Below, piece by piece: positions 25,511 through 39,989 of a stretch of DNA of 64,000 nt (its first letter is position 1; each line of letters starts with the position of its first letter). The notes below the pieces were generated by a model. That model had not been told where the DNA came from and did not search any database. It was given only the letters and a program-made list of their open reading frames with translations. Origin of the DNA: Raja brachyura (lineage: Eukaryota); NCBI GenBank assembly GCA_963514005.1, contig OY740821.1, positions 14,260,001 through 14,324,000 of the forward strand, written 5' to 3'. The position numbers and the translations under genes were made by a program.

Positions 25511-27558
25511 CAAATTACAATGTGCAGGGCTTTTTGTTTACAGGTTGTTTTTTCAATGGTAGACTTCTTCCTGGCCACAATGAAGGGTCCTGGATTGAAA
25601 GACCAGTGAATGTACTTGGCTTCCCTCTCCCTCACACGCCTACACATTTCTGCTCCTCACAATTACCTGGTGGTTTAATTCAATTAGTAAAGGCAAAGAT
25701 AGACCGAAAAAGCTGGAGTAACTCAGCAGGACAGGCAGTATCTCTGGAGAGAAGGAATGTGTGACGTTTCAGGTTGAGACCCTTCCTCTGGCAAAGCGTT
25801 CTTAATCCTGCTTTTGTCATTTTACAGGGCTACCAATGGACCAGTAGTTAACAGATTTTATTCAAATGATCAGACCACAATTGACCTGAATAAGCCAATA
25901 CCAGGCACAAGTTCTATCCAGTGTTCCCAACAACCCAACTAGAGCAGTTTCCAAAATTAACAGGAAAATGTATTCATTTTCAAAGAAATAAGCAACATAG
26001 AGTCACTACGGTGCAGGTGGCCTATAAAGTCTATGTTAGTTCATACTCAGGCTATCCCATCAGTCCCATTCCCCACATTTTCCCCCATAGCCCTGAAAAG
26101 TATTTTCTCCAAGTGCCCATCCAGTTCTCGTTTGAAAGCCCTCCTTGGCTGTGTTTCTAACACCCCTACAAGCCACAAGTTCCAAATCATAGGAGACCAG
26201 TATTTGCCCACCTTCAGATGCAAGGTGTCAAGCTCAGCAGATAAAGCAGGGCTGTAACTAACACAGGGGCTCAGTAATGCAATCTGTTTTTACTCAGTGA
26301 AGAGTCCACTTTGTTGATCTGCCTCCATCCTCGAGTGTGAGACACCAACTCCGGCCAAGCAGAGCAGACTCCTCCAGGTCCTGTCAACAACCAGCCTCTG
26401 GCAGTAGAGTTACACAATCGGCCGGACTGCATTGGCACAACAAAATATCAAAGCCCAAGCTCACCCTCAGTCAAGTACAGTTGCCTCCTCCATACTCCCT
26501 GTGAAAGAGTTGCTGTCACTGTAAAACGTCTCTCTCCCCTGTAAATATAAAGTATCTTTTAGCAGTTGCTGTGGTCCATTTAAAAACCATAGATCACAGG
26601 GCACATTGCTGATTAGAGTCTAGCCACAGCAGAGAGAGAGAGAATTGTACTGCATTTATGGTGGGATCACAGTGTGATTCATGACCCAGACTTGCAACAG
26701 AAGCCGGCGAGGCAGTCGTTTGAGGAAAACAAATGTCAACCACTCGAGGATGAGGCAGCATGCTAGACCAAGGTTCAAGGTCAAGGATGTCAACTTCCCC
26801 AGAAATCTCTGGAGCAGGACTGGGAATGATTAAGCAGGAGGAAATTCTCACTTAATTAAACTATAAAAGTGAGACGTTCAACCCACCATGCCGATGCCTG
26901 GAAGAGCAATGCAATCAGTCTCATTCCACTGTTCAGCAAAACATTGTCTTTAGGTCTTGAATTTAATTTTTCACTGTATTCACTGTGATCCATCAGCGTG
27001 GGCTATACCCATCAGCTTTCACGTTAAATTCCACCCTTAATCTGTAATCGCCCACAACCAAAATACCTAGTCAGCCTCTCAAAAAGACCTTTCCCCATTC
27101 ATTCATCCATCCATTCCTCCCCCCCCCCCCCAATTGAAAATAAGCAGCTTGAATTAAGTTTATCAGCTGAGGTGAAGTAATAATAGAATTTACATGTTAC
27201 TATTAATGCAAATCATTTCACATTCACTTGACCTCGGCCAGAGTGGATACAGATTCATGCTTCACAAAACTGTGTTCCCTAAAAACCAGAGTATTTGTGG
27301 AACATTTCCCCCATTTTAGTGCCCTGGTAATTCTACTCTTCCTGCTACTTACAGGAAAACAATCCTGCTTTCGCCAAAATACACTGCTGTAGTTTGGACT
27401 ATGAATTCAGTTTGCTGCATCTCATACTCCGTAAAATAGACTTGTTTTGCCCTTAGTTCTGCAACAATACCAGCTAAATCCCACACCACTGAACTCATTG
27501 GGCAATTGTGGTTCAGATACTCTATGGAACTGTTGTGCGACAATGCTGAGAATATTTT

Positions 27559-28510
27559 ACATAGAAACATAGAACATAGAAATTAGGTGCAGGAGTAGGC
27601 CATTCGGCCCTTCGAGCCTGCACCGCCATTCAATATGATCATGGCTGATCACCCAACTCAGTATCCCGTACCTGCCTTCTCTCCATACCCTCTGATCCCC
27701 TTAGCCACAAGGGCCACATCTAACTCCCCGTTAAATATAGCCAATGAACTGGCCTTAACTACCCTCTGTGGCAGAGAGTTCCAGAGACCCACCACTCTCT
27801 GTGTGAAAAAAGTCCTTCTCATCTCGGTCCTAAAGGATTTCCCCCTTATCCTTAAGCTGTGACCCCTTGTCCTGGACCTCCCCAACGTCGGGAACAATCT
27901 TCCTGCATCTAGCCTGTCCAACCCCTTAAGAATTTTGTAAGTTTCTATAAGATCCCCTCTCAATCTCCTAAATTCTAGAGAGTATAAACCGAGTCTATGC
28001 AGTCTTTGTTCACAAGACAGTCCTGACATCCCAGGAATCAGTCTGGTGAACCTTCTCTGCACTCCCTCTATGACAATAATGTCCTTCCTCAGATTTGGAG
28101 ACCAGAACTGAACACAATACTCCAGGTGTGGTCTCACCAAGACCCTATACAACTGAAGTAGAACCTTCCTGCTCCTATACTCAAATCCTTTTGCTATGAA
28201 AGATAACATACCATTCGCTTTCTTCACTGCCTGCTGCACCTGCATGCCTACTTTCAATGATTGGTGTACCATGACACCCAGGTCGCGCTGCATCTCCCCT
28301 TTTCCTAATCGGCCACCATTTAGATAATAGTCTGCTTTCCTATTTTTGCCACCAGAGTGGATAACCTCACATTTATCCACATTATACTGCATCTGCCAAA
28401 CATTTGCCCACTCACCCAGCCTATCCAAGTCACCTTGCAGTCTCCTAGCATCCTCCTCACAGCTAACACTGCCCCCCCAGCTTAGTGTCATCCGCAAACT
28501 TGGAGATATT
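27559..28510 (-). mobile_element. Young CR1 LINE, 5'-truncated
   Basis: ORF 27658-28599 RT C-terminal region; (ACATAGAA)n tail on plus strand at 27559. Confidence 0.93.
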
Positions 28511-30850
28511 ACACTCGGTATCTTCTCCTTTGCTCTACCTATTGTATTTGAGTTCAGTTGGGTTGTATCTATGTATAGTACTATCTGATTTGATAGCATG
28601 CAAATTAAAGATTTTCACTGTAACTCAGTGCACACCACAATAATAAATCCAAGCTTACTATTTTATATACCAAAGATCGACACAGAAAGCTGGAGTAACT
28701 CGGCGGGACAGACAGCAACTCTGGAGAGAAGGAATGGGTGACATTTCGGGTTGAGACCCTCTTCAGACATACGGGCATTCCAAACCGGATCTGAGAATAT
28801 TCCACGTCTTAACTTTATTACTAAGAACTTGAACAAAAAGACCTTTGATATTTGACCATCTCCATTGCCAGCACCTCCTTGGAGGCAATTTGCATGATCA
28901 GTTACAGTACGTCATGGTCGAGTTAATTCTCGGAGAGTATAAAAGCACTTCCCATAAATAGCTCCATTCATTACGGAATATTTATGGGGATCATATGTAA
29001 CAATGTAAAATGCATTAATTACATTTTGGTGGAGTCAGATAATCATGCATCATTTGTCTAGTTGCTCAGTGACAAGCTGTCTGCTCGTCATTAATATGCT
29101 GAATGAAATGGTCAGTAACAGCAAATGCAACTGAGATAGGGGCTGCACACCTATACCTGGGCTTTGACATACATCAGCCAGTCCATAAAAGATTACTTTG
29201 GTTTCGCTTAACACTGCTACGCACAGCAATTATCTCCTTAATTTTTACTTAATTCGAGAGTCTTGCCAGTGTTGTATTAAGAATCAACCCATGATTAAGA
29301 GGAAGGCTGCTGTATGCAATTACAGCATTGTAAAAATTAGAGTTAAATTAAGAATCACTGAGTGTGAACATCTCAATGAGATGGTTCTCACGATTCAATG
29401 AAAGTGCTCGTCACATTGATTGCCCAGAGAACTGGAGTCCCAACATGATGAGATGATAGCGATTCAGACATTATTGAATTGGTTACGAGGCAATTGTCAT
29501 ATCTACATTTAAAAAACACTTGTAAGAAGAGTTTAATATTGATTGGCATAAAGCTTTGCATGGAGGCTTTCATGAGGCATAATAAAAAAGGGATTTTATT
29601 GTACAGACGCTTCATTCTCTGAATCATGTTATACTTTCAGCACAGAGTCACCAAGTGTAATGATGACATCATTTAGCTGTGGAGTCATCCGTTCCTCCCT
29701 ACATTTATAGCCCATGCCAATGACATCAGGAATACTGTGGAGACCATCACTAAAAGAAAACAGTCATCAGCCACCCTTGTTTATAACACAAACAACTAGC
29801 TAAGCAGAAACCCAAAGATAGAGAGAGTCAGTCATCAGGGCCTGCCAGTTTGGAATTAGATTAGAGAGATTTTTAAAAAATTATCCAGGCCTCAAGTCCA
29901 ACAGATGAGGAACAAGCATCTCACCCCCTTGACGTTATGACCCATCGCGATGCAAATATGTGCATCAAGTTCAAGGCTTCGATGAAAGAGCAGACAAATG
30001 ATTTGTAACATAACACACCAACAACAGAAAATTCCAAGAGCCACTTACACGGTACACCTTGTACTAAGAGCCACCAATTCCACTGACAACCAGACACTCT
30101 CACACTTAAGAAAACTCTGCCTCTAATGCAGTGGAATATTCCTGGCAATCCGAAATGTATACAATTAATGAGAAAGTTGCGGCTTATATATGGCTATTCA
30201 GTTTAGTCAAATGTACTTGAACTGCTCACTTCATCCCACCGCTTTCACTGGTGCAGCTAAGGGCAGAAAGAAGATGTCTTCAGTTCTCCTCTACATGGCT
30301 CTAGGCATTCGTTTTAACTCTAGACTCAAGAGATCTGTATCCCTCAGAACATCAAGGTGAAATCATTCAGTCCCTCGAGCAGCTTCTATCATTCAATTAG
30401 ATCACAGCCAATTTGTCACTGATTCCATCTACTCATCTTGGTTACGTCACCTTCCTTGAACTTATCCAGCACAAAGTCGTATCAATGCATCTGGAATTTT
30501 TAAATTAATGTGCAGCTTATACAGCTTCCGCTGGCGTGATAGGAATAGAAACCAGTTCCACATTGCCACTATCCTATTAGTGAAGTGTATCCTGTTTTCA
30601 TTCCTGAATGTCCCATCTACAAATTTAACAGCATGGCCATCTTATTCTGGACTTCCAAAATAAAAACATCTTGAAGGCTAAAATCCGTGTAAATTTGGTG
30701 GTGAGCACTAACGGCACAATCACACCCAAACTGAATACAGGGATCACTGCTGCAAAATAAGCCTCTTGCAAATTACTTACTACTTTGCATAAATTGATCT
30801 AGACCATGCAACAACATGTCAGAAGATGGGTGTCCTGTAGTGAGCGACTC

Positions 30851-31366
30851 ACATAGAAATTAGGTGCAGGAGTAGGCCATTCGGCCCTTTGAGCCTGCAC
30901 CGCCATTCAATATGATCATGGCTGATCATCCAACTCAGTATCCCGTACCTGCCTTCTCTCCATACCCTCTGATCCCCTTAGCCACAAGGGCCACATCTAA
31001 CTCCCTCTTAAATATAGCCAAGGAACTGGCCTCAACTACCCTCTGTGGCAGAGAGTTCCAGAGACCCACCACTCTCTGTGTGAAAAACGTCCTTCTCATC
31101 TCGGTCCTAAAGGATTCCCCCCTTATCCTTAAGCTGTGACCCCTTGTCCTGGACCTCCCCAACATCGGGAACAATCTTCCTGCATCTAGCCTGTCCAACC
31201 CCTTAAGAATTTTGTAAGTTTCTATAAGATCGCCTCTCAATCTCCTAAATTCTAGAGAGTATAAACCGAGTCTATGCAGTCTTTGTTCATAAGACAGTCC
31301 TGACATCCCAGGAATCAGTCTGGTGAACCTTCTCTGCACTCCCTCTATGGCAATAATGTCCTTCCT
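30851..31366 (-). mobile_element. Young CR1 LINE, 5'-truncated
   Basis: ORF 30935-31411; near-identical to the other young CR1 copies. Confidence 0.92.
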
Positions 31367-33989
31367 TCTCCTCACCTCTTGATGCCAAAAAGCTTTCCCC
31401 ACAAAGCACAATTTAGATGTGATGGAATACTTGCTTGGGTGAGTTTTGCTTCAACGCTTATGGTTGACACCACCCAGGACAAAGCAATTGCTGGTTTGGC
31501 ATTCACCACCAGTGCAGCTTCAGTGTGTATTCCGTGACAATGGAGGACCTGGCGTGGGAGACCACCGTGAGGGAGGGGTAAGTAAAATGGACAATGGAGG
31601 ACATGGCATGGAGGGGGGGGGGGGGGAAATCGCCATGAGGGAGGGGAGGAACAAAGGGGGACCTGACGTGGATACTGTGTATACTTTGTAACTTTGTCAG
31701 CACCCTTATGTGGACACGTTTGCATCCCATGGGTTTGCAAACAAAGAATTTCACTGTGACTTGTTACATGTGACAATAAAGTATTCATTCATTCATCCTA
31801 CCGACAAAATGCAGCTAGCACGCCAACACCACCTCACAAATAAGTGGCTGCTGTCACCAAGAGATAAGGACAATGGGGACTTCATAACCTGCAGTCACCC
31901 CTCCGAGTCGCACACTACCGTGACTTTGAAACATATCACCATTCCTTCATCGTTAATAGATCTAAATTCTGGAACTCCCTCCCCGGCAGCTCCAGAAGTA
32001 CCGTTACCAGAAGGACCGAAACAGTTCAAGGCGGCAGGCAGCTCACCACTACTGCTGAGTGCAGATATGGGTGGGCAATAAATGTTGATCTCGCTCATGA
32101 TAAACATCTCAACAAAAAAGACAATTTCTCCAAACAACAAGGACTTTATTCTGTACAGACATTGCATTCAACATCAGCACTTTGTTATTTTTTCACGTTA
32201 GCTGCGGCTCAGCGGTCTTTGTTTTAGAATCAGAAACTGTGGCTTTAAATCGCACACTAGAGATTCCAGTACCCAAGAAGAACCGCGCTAACCGTGAAAC
32301 TGCCTTTCAGAGATGTTAAATCAAAGCCTCATCTGCTCTTTCAGGTAGATATAAACTATCATATTGTAAAATGAAAAGACAGCAAATGCTGAAAATATGA
32401 ATTAAAAATAGAAAGTACCAGAAAATATTCAATTGCAAAAGAAATGACAATTCAAAATAAAGGGAGATGGGAATAAGAAACAAGCTATGAATAAATGGGA
32501 ATGGGAGAATCAGTGCTGGAAATGACTGAACTTAGTGACAAGTCCAGAAGTCTACAATGTGCCTAGTCAGATAAGATTCTGTTCCTCAAGCTCAAATTCA
32601 GTGTTGTTGGAACAGCAGAGGAAGACAAAGAGGTTGAAGTGAACATGCATTGCGTTGGTGATTTAAGAAATCCCATCGGATTACATCCTTGAATGTGGAA
32701 GATGGTGGAGTGGATGCTGAGGAAAATCTTATCCTACTTCGTGTCACGAGAAATGGTAGCATTCAACACTTGGATATTGGCATCATTTTTTCTTGTCAAA
32801 GAGAAAGAAAGATATGTACTACAGAAATAAATAGTGACAAATAGCTACAATTTTATCATTGAGTCAGTCCAGGCCCTGTCCTTCACCCCTGACCCTTCTC
32901 CATCATCCTGCAATTTGTATCTCCAAGTACCGGTCCCTTTAGAAAGCCTCATCTGCCTCCACTGTGCCGTCAAAGAATGTGGAGAAGCGTTTCCTCAGAT
33001 CTCCTTTGTTGCTCTCACCAACTACCTTAAATTTGCTTCTTAACCCTCACGTTTGAGTGCTCCGAACTAATTATAAACGTACTTTATCACGCAACGTCAC
33101 CAACCAGGGGCCAGTTGGCATGATTATCAATGATGTTGGCTGAATTTGTAGCTTTAAAAGACATGACTTGAATCAGTGGAGTTGGTAAAAGGAAAAACAG
33201 AGCTTCAAAGGACAAGAATAGAACTTGCAACACGTGAGAAAGTTCAGAGTTTTTAATCTGGTGCTTTGGTCAAAGAGAACCTGTACAAGCAGGCTGCTAT
33301 ATAGCACACATTGTCTTCCTTTAGTAATCTTCTTAACTTAGTAGGTCAAGGGTCTTGGATAATTTTTAAACACCTCTTATGTAAAACACACAACACTTAT
33401 GTAAAATATTGACCCATTGCTGTGGAAAGTAGCGATTTTTCACTGCAAATTGTCTAAATGGTCAGAAGCTTGCTCGGGAGCTCTGCAAGCGGTTGGCGAG
33501 TCAGGTGTGCATAGTGTACAGGGAAGCAAGAGAGAGTAATCTCTGGCCCACAAATTTAAATACTCATCTGTACTTATTGAAGCTTGCACATCTTGCACCA
33601 GTCTGTGGGCTTTAGCAAAATGGATGCAACCAATCACGACAGTCAGCAGGCTGAACAGTCAGTTAAAGTCTTGCATGCACAATATACTGAGTCACAGTGA
33701 GAGCAGACAAGAAGGCTTCCCTCACATGCATGAGAGGCGAAAACAAAACGCGTACATTTCATTTTTGGTTTAAATACAGTACACTCCAGATAAAACAAAC
33801 CAGACACTTTTATACAAAACCAGGTGGATAGAGTGTGTAAAACTATTTTTCTCCTGCATCTCAATGATATACAATAGTCAAAACAGGCAATAGCGTGGAC
33901 AAAGTTGATGAGAATACACTGACCCTTTATGTTAGCAAGCTACAAAAACTGTTCAATGACCAAACAAAGTTTTTTTTAGAAAATAGAAA

Positions 33990-34980
33990 ACAGCCCAGCC
34001 TACAAAGTCCGCGCTGAACATGATGCCAAGACCATCACTTATCTACCTGCACAAAATCCATATCCCTCCATCCCCGGCGTATACATATGCCTATCCAAAA
34101 GTTGATTAAATGCGACTATCATATCTGCTTCAACCACCACCTCCAGCAGCATGTTCCAGGCACACGGTCACCCTCCGTGTAAAAAAAAAACACTTGCCCC
34201 GCACATCTCCTTCACACTTAGCCCCTACCACATTAAACCAATGCCCTCTAGAATTTTATTTTTCCATCCGGGGAAAAAGATTGACTGCCTATCCTATTCT
34301 ATGCCTCTCTTAATTTTAGGTACTTCCATCAAATCTCCCCACAACCTCCGGCTTTCCAGAGAAAATAATCTAAGTCCATCCATCCTCTCCCTTTAGCTAA
34401 TATCCCCTAATCCAGGCATCATTCTGGCAAACCTCCTGGCAAAGCATCCATATCCTTCCAGTAATGGGGTGACCAGAAATGCAAACAAAACTCCAAATGC
34501 AGCCTAACCAAATCTTACTAAGTGGAATCATGATTTCCCGACTTTTGCATTCACCGGCCCAACCTATGAAAGCAAGCACACAATAGGCATTCTCTAACAT
34601 TCTATCTACTAGTGTTGCCACTTTCAAAGAGTTATGGACTTGGACCCCAAGATTCCTCTGTACATCAATGCTGTTAGGGATCATGCCATTGTGTATTTTC
34701 CCCTTACATTTGACCTCACAAATTGCAACACATCACTCCACCTGTCATTTCTCCAGCTGATCTATATCCCACTGTATACTTTGATAGCCTTCCTCACAAT
34801 CTACAACCCCAATATATATCATAAACAGAGGCTTCAGCACACATCCCTGTGGAGCTCCTCTGGTCATAGACCTTCAGCCAGGATTTCTCACTTCCACCAC
34901 AACCGTGTCTTCCACCAGCAAGCCAGTTCCAATTCCCTACGACAAGTCACTATTAATCCCATGTATCTTAATCTTCTGGA
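33990..34980 (-). mobile_element. Old CR1 LINE fragment
   Basis: QRNLGVQVHNSLKVA motif and CR1 3' UTR; many lesions. Confidence 0.75.
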
Positions 34981-35771
34981 TCATCCTTTGAATGTATTCT
35001 GGTGAATACATTATATATGCCTCAGTTAGCAATGCTTCGTGTTATTATTCTGTTATGAAACAGCAAAGTTGAGTCTTCCCCACATTTCTTGCGTTCACCA
35101 TTAGGAGGAACACCACTGCAAGCAATAGGTCTCAGATCCATCCATCCTTCTGGGAAGAAGCTATGTCTACACTTACACTATTGAACTGTGGTCTAGGGCA
35201 AAAAATGTAAAGCCACAACTGTTGGTATTCGCTCCCACAACTCAACATCATCACATTCCTTATTGCGATCTCACTGGCTCTCCACTAGACCACAACAAAA
35301 CACACGTCAGGCTGTTGTTCAGAGACCACACTTCGGAGTTCAACATCATCATCCCCGCCAAACTTGTTACCAAGCACAGGGAACTGGGTCTCTGCGCATC
35401 CCTTTGTAACTGGATACCCTACTGCCTCATGAACAGAACACAGTTGGTACAAATTGGCTGCAACATTTCCTCCTCAATAACCATTAACACAGAGGCACCA
35501 AAATGATGTGTGTTTGGTCCCCTGCTCTGCTCACTCTATACCCATGACTGTGTCGCCAGACACAGTTGCAACACCAACTCTAAATTCATCGACGACACCA
35601 CCATTGCTGGACAAATTATGGATAATGATGAGTCAGTGAAGAGGGAGATCGATCTTCTGTTTGAATGGTACCAGAAAAATAACCTTGTTCGCAATATCTG
35701 TAAAACCAAGGAACTGTTTGCTGACTTTAGAAGAGGCAGGCCGAGGATCCACAAACCCGTCTTCAACATCG

Positions 35772-36340
35772 CTTTACCTCCCCCCCTTGAGTCCATTCAA
35801 AGACCGAAGCAGTCTTTCCAGGTGCGACAGAGGTTCACCTGCACCTCCTCCAACCTCATCTAATGCATCCGCTGCTCTAGATGTCAGCAGATATACATCA
35901 GTGAGACTAAGCGTAGGCTTGGCGATCATTTCGCCGAACAGCTCCGTTCTGTCTGCATTAACCAACCTGATCTCCCTGTGGCTCAGCACTTCAACTCCCC
36001 CTCCCATTCCCAATCCAACCTTTCTGTCCTGGGCCTCCTCCATGGCCAGAGTGAGCACCACCGGAAATTGGAGGAGCAGCACCTCATATTCCGCTTGGGC
36101 AGTCTGCACCCCAGCGGCTTGAACATTGACTTCTCCAATTTCCGGTAGCCCTTGCTGTCTCCTCCCCTTTTCAGCTCTCCCTCAGCCCTCTAGCTCCTCC
36201 TCTTCCTTTCTTCCTCACGCCCCCCCCCCCCCCCACCCTACATCAGTCTGAAGAAGGATTTTGGCCCGAAACATTGCCTATTTCCTTCGCTCCATAGATC
36301 CTGCCTCACCCGCTGAGTTTCTCCAGCACTTTTGTCTACC
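35772..36340 (+). mobile_element. Penelope-like element 3' part: GIY-YIG endonuclease remnant plus terminal repeat
   Basis: FTCTSSNLI*CIRCSRC..IYISETKRRLGDHFAE..VAQHFN..EEQHLIFRLGSLHPSGLN, then ctgaagaagg..cccgaaac hammerhead-like motif at 36248. Confidence 0.85.
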
Positions 36341-36574
36341 ATCAACAACAGGTCAGTGGAGGTCAGCCAACAACTTCAAATTCCTGGGCGTGCATATCTC
36401 TGAAGATCTGACCTGGACCCAGCACATTGATGCAATCATTAAAAAAAAACATTAATGCCTCTACTTCCTTAGAAGATTGAGGAGATTTGGTACGTCAATA
36501 AATACTCTCTTGAACTTCTACGGGTGTATGGTAGACAGCATATTGACTGGTTACATCACTGCCTGGTTCGGCCT

Positions 36575-37172
36575 TCATTAGTCAGAACAAGAGTAGAGAG
36601 GTTGGGAGGTCATATTGCAGTTGGACAAGACGTAGGTGAGACCGCATTTAGAGTATTGTGTTCCGTTTTGGGCACCATGTTAGAGGAAAGATGGTGTCAA
36701 GCTGGAAAGGCTGCAGAGAAGATTTACAACAGCCTGCGCTATGGGGAGAGGTTGAGCAAGCTGGGACTCCATTCCTTTGAGCACAGGAGGATGACAGGTG
36801 ATCTTATACAGGTGTATAAGATCATGAGGGGAATAGATCGGGTAGATGCACAGAGTCTCTTGCCCAGATTAGGGGAATCGAGAACCAGAGGACATAGGTT
36901 TAAGGTGAGGGGGGGAAAGATTCCATAAGAATCGGAGGGGTAACATTTTCACGCAAAGGCTGTTATGTGCATGGAACAAACTCCCAGAGCAGGTAATTGG
37001 TGCAGGTACTATCGCAATGTTTAAGAAATATTTAGACGGGTACATGGATAGGACAGGTTTAGAGGGATAGGGGCCAAACGCAGGTAGGTCGGACTAGTGT
37101 AAATGGCACCTGTTGGCAGGTGTGGGTAAGTTCGGCCAAAGGGCCAGTTTCCACGCTGTAAGATTCTATGAC
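36575..37172 (+). mobile_element. Old CR1 3' fragment nested in the Rex1 element
   Basis: GDLIQVYKIMRGIDRVD..SRTRGHRFKVRG and CR1 tail ttctatgact. Confidence 0.8.
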
Positions 37173-39573
37173 TATAACTTAACGCCCAGAATCGATGCAG
37201 ATTACAAAAAAGTGATCACTGCCCGGTCCATCATAGTTACTGACCTCCCCACCATCCAGGAGATCTACAGGAGAAGCTGCCTTAAAAAGTCAACCTGCAC
37301 CATTAAGGACCCCCGCCCAGACAATATTCTGTCCATTGCATTCACACAGGGCTGGACGGTGCAACTTTGGGCAGCTTTCTTGCCAGCATTAGCAAGGAGG
37401 TGTCATTTAAAAATAGGATTATTTTCCATCCACCACCTTCATGAACTCCATGCCTTTTGTCAAGACACTCCTTCAGAGCTCTTAGTTTGACCAAGTCTTA
37501 AGTTCTTGTGCCTGATGACAATTTTTTAATTGACATTCAAGAAGCATCTCAGGACATTTTACTAATACAAAGGTCATTTCTTTGCAGGCTTTCCAATCAT
37601 ACAGGAGCCATAATAAAGCCCAAAAAGGAAACGTGTAATTTGAACAATACACAAATTTAAGCCCAAACATTTTTTGCATTTCTCCCCAGCTTCATTTAGC
37701 CCATTTTTAGGGCCACGTCTAAAAGCATTTAGGACACAAATTCTGAGATTCCTTTCCTCTATTAGTTCGCTGATGAAGCTTTGGGTCATCTCCCCCAATA
37801 TGCGGTTCAGGATCTTTTTTTTAATTTTTATTAAGTTCACTTGAGGCACATTACGATGTTTTCCTAAATTAAAAACACAATTGCTATTGATTTTCAACCA
37901 TTCAACCAACATAACTCGTCTTCCTCCTGGTTACAATTACTAACAGAAACTTTAATCTGTAACAAGTTCACTCGATACGATTCCACTTGTGCAACATGTG
38001 TTTGTCCATTAAGTATTACAAACAATGAAATAAATGACTTGTGGCATTGCTTTGAAAAATGGATAAACATCGAGCAAGCACAGTAGCATTCTTGTCCAAC
38101 CAAGTGGGTATCCTGACTGTGCCAAAGATGCAAACTAGCTCAGGGAATACAAACAATGCTGACATTTATTGCCTCCTCTCTAGTTACCCTAAGCGGTGGT
38201 ATGACTTTGAATTGATTCAAGGTATTAGCAATGAAGGCACTCCGATAGCCTGTAGTGAAATCTTGTCTCTTACCTACAGTCTTTTTACTCTCCGCAGCAA
38301 GCACACTAAAAAAAAATCATTCAAGACTTCCCCTGCAAGACTACTGGTTTTCAATGTTCTGCAGAAAGTGCAAGGGATTACACAAGGATCAAGACATTCC
38401 CAGTTCCATCTCCCAATGTAAGCAGTGATCCCGACTGCAGAGAACAACAACTTGGCTGAAATGTTTACTATGTTAATAGAAAATTGAGGAACAAACACCA
38501 TCCCCAACCCCCCTACCCCCAACCTCCGAGCAGCTTAAGTTGTATGTTCTGTAATTAAGAGGCACCAAACCAAATATTTCAAAATGGGGCATGGCGTCCT
38601 TGCTAAATAAAACTTCATTTCAGTGATTAAGAAACTGCAGTATTGGAGATGGACCGATTAATATTGTATCCATTTTGTTGCTGCTCAGTGTTACAGCTGT
38701 GTGCTGCCCTTGGGCAGGAATCCATTATAAACAAGCTAGCTAAGAGTCCTTACACAATTTCAAAAATTACACTTTAAAGTTGCAGAACGTCTTAACAGTA
38801 GCTTTAGTGGGATAAAAGATTTTTAAAAATAAGCACTGCCAAAGGGGTCAGCACAGCATTACAATAGAAATTAATAAACAAAAGCCTAAACCACAATTAT
38901 ACAGTGAGAGCATACAGTAGTGTACGCCCCATTACATTCCCCAAGACCTTTAAATACATTAGTTAACCATAAAACCAGCGGAACTATCTAATTCATAGAC
39001 ACCAATCATTACAGTACCACCGCTCCTTGTTTACATTCCACCAAATTAACTATTAGTGAGTTTACATCAAAGAATGTGATCGATGCACATTTTAATCAAG
39101 GCAGAGCAAAAAAGGACTCTAAATATACCGAGAAATATAACATACGGAGATATGCAGAGTTTAGAAAGGAACAGCAGGTAGCAACCATATGTCGTATGTT
39201 TCACCGTAGTTTACCAGGTATCAGCAGAAGAATGCACGTACTATGTTGCAGCTGACTTTTTTTCCCCCAAAAAAACTGTAATTACGAACGAATTGTGTTT
39301 GATGACTTGCACAGCTACTGGTTAACAGGGCAATATATCACTCCAAAAAGATAAATAAAGAGGTGGCATTTAACACAACATGATTCATCAACTGATCACT
39401 GGCTCTGACGAAAATTTACCGGCGACTATCCCGGAAACCGCATCATAAACGGTGTCAAGGCTTGTTTATAGCCAGCCCGACCATTAAACATCAGCAAATA
39501 AAAAAACAACGTTCTGCCATCCTTGTAATTACGGATTAACAATAAGGCGCAAACAAAAAAGGAATTTCCCTAC

Positions 39574-39975
39574 CTTAAGTGTAGATTATAATCGTCAGGT
39601 TCCCTTCTACTTAAGTGCTGTACAGGGATTTAAATGGCGCTTGTCTGGGCGAGCCTTCTTTTTTCCAGAGCAGTCTTTACAGAATAAATATATATATATT
39701 ATATATATGTATATATTTATTCTGTAAATATATTCTGAGCATTTAAATATATATATATATTCAGCCCCTTTTCCAAACAGATCTGCGTTAATGAAAGTGG
39801 GTTTTTTTGCTCGGTGGAAGTGTTTGCGTTTGTTCTGATCAGCGTGGTGGGCAGGCAATGGCTTGGGGGTAGGTGCGGGTGGGGTGGGGGGTCGGGGACT
39901 GGATGAAATCTGCCGGTGCTTGGACTTGCCGCAGCCCCTGCTCGGAACCGCTACTATGTAGCGCCCTATCTAACA
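39574..39975 (-). other. CSRNP2: Putative non-coding first exon (5' UTR) of CSRNP2
   Basis: CpG-rich start downstream of TATA-like/CRE motifs; donor taag|gtaggg at 39574/39573. The ATG exon has an acceptor, so an upstream exon is required. TSS is approximate. Confidence 0.6.
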
Positions 39976-39989
39976 ATGGGCTCGACGTT

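Larger units (their letters stand above)
35250..37320 (+). mobile_element. Rex1/Babar LINE interrupted by Penelope and CR1 insertions
   Basis: RT motifs (PLLCSLYTHDCVA..KFIDDTTI..KTKEL..DFRR) 35250-35770, continuing 36340-36570 and 37190-37320. Confidence 0.75.
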
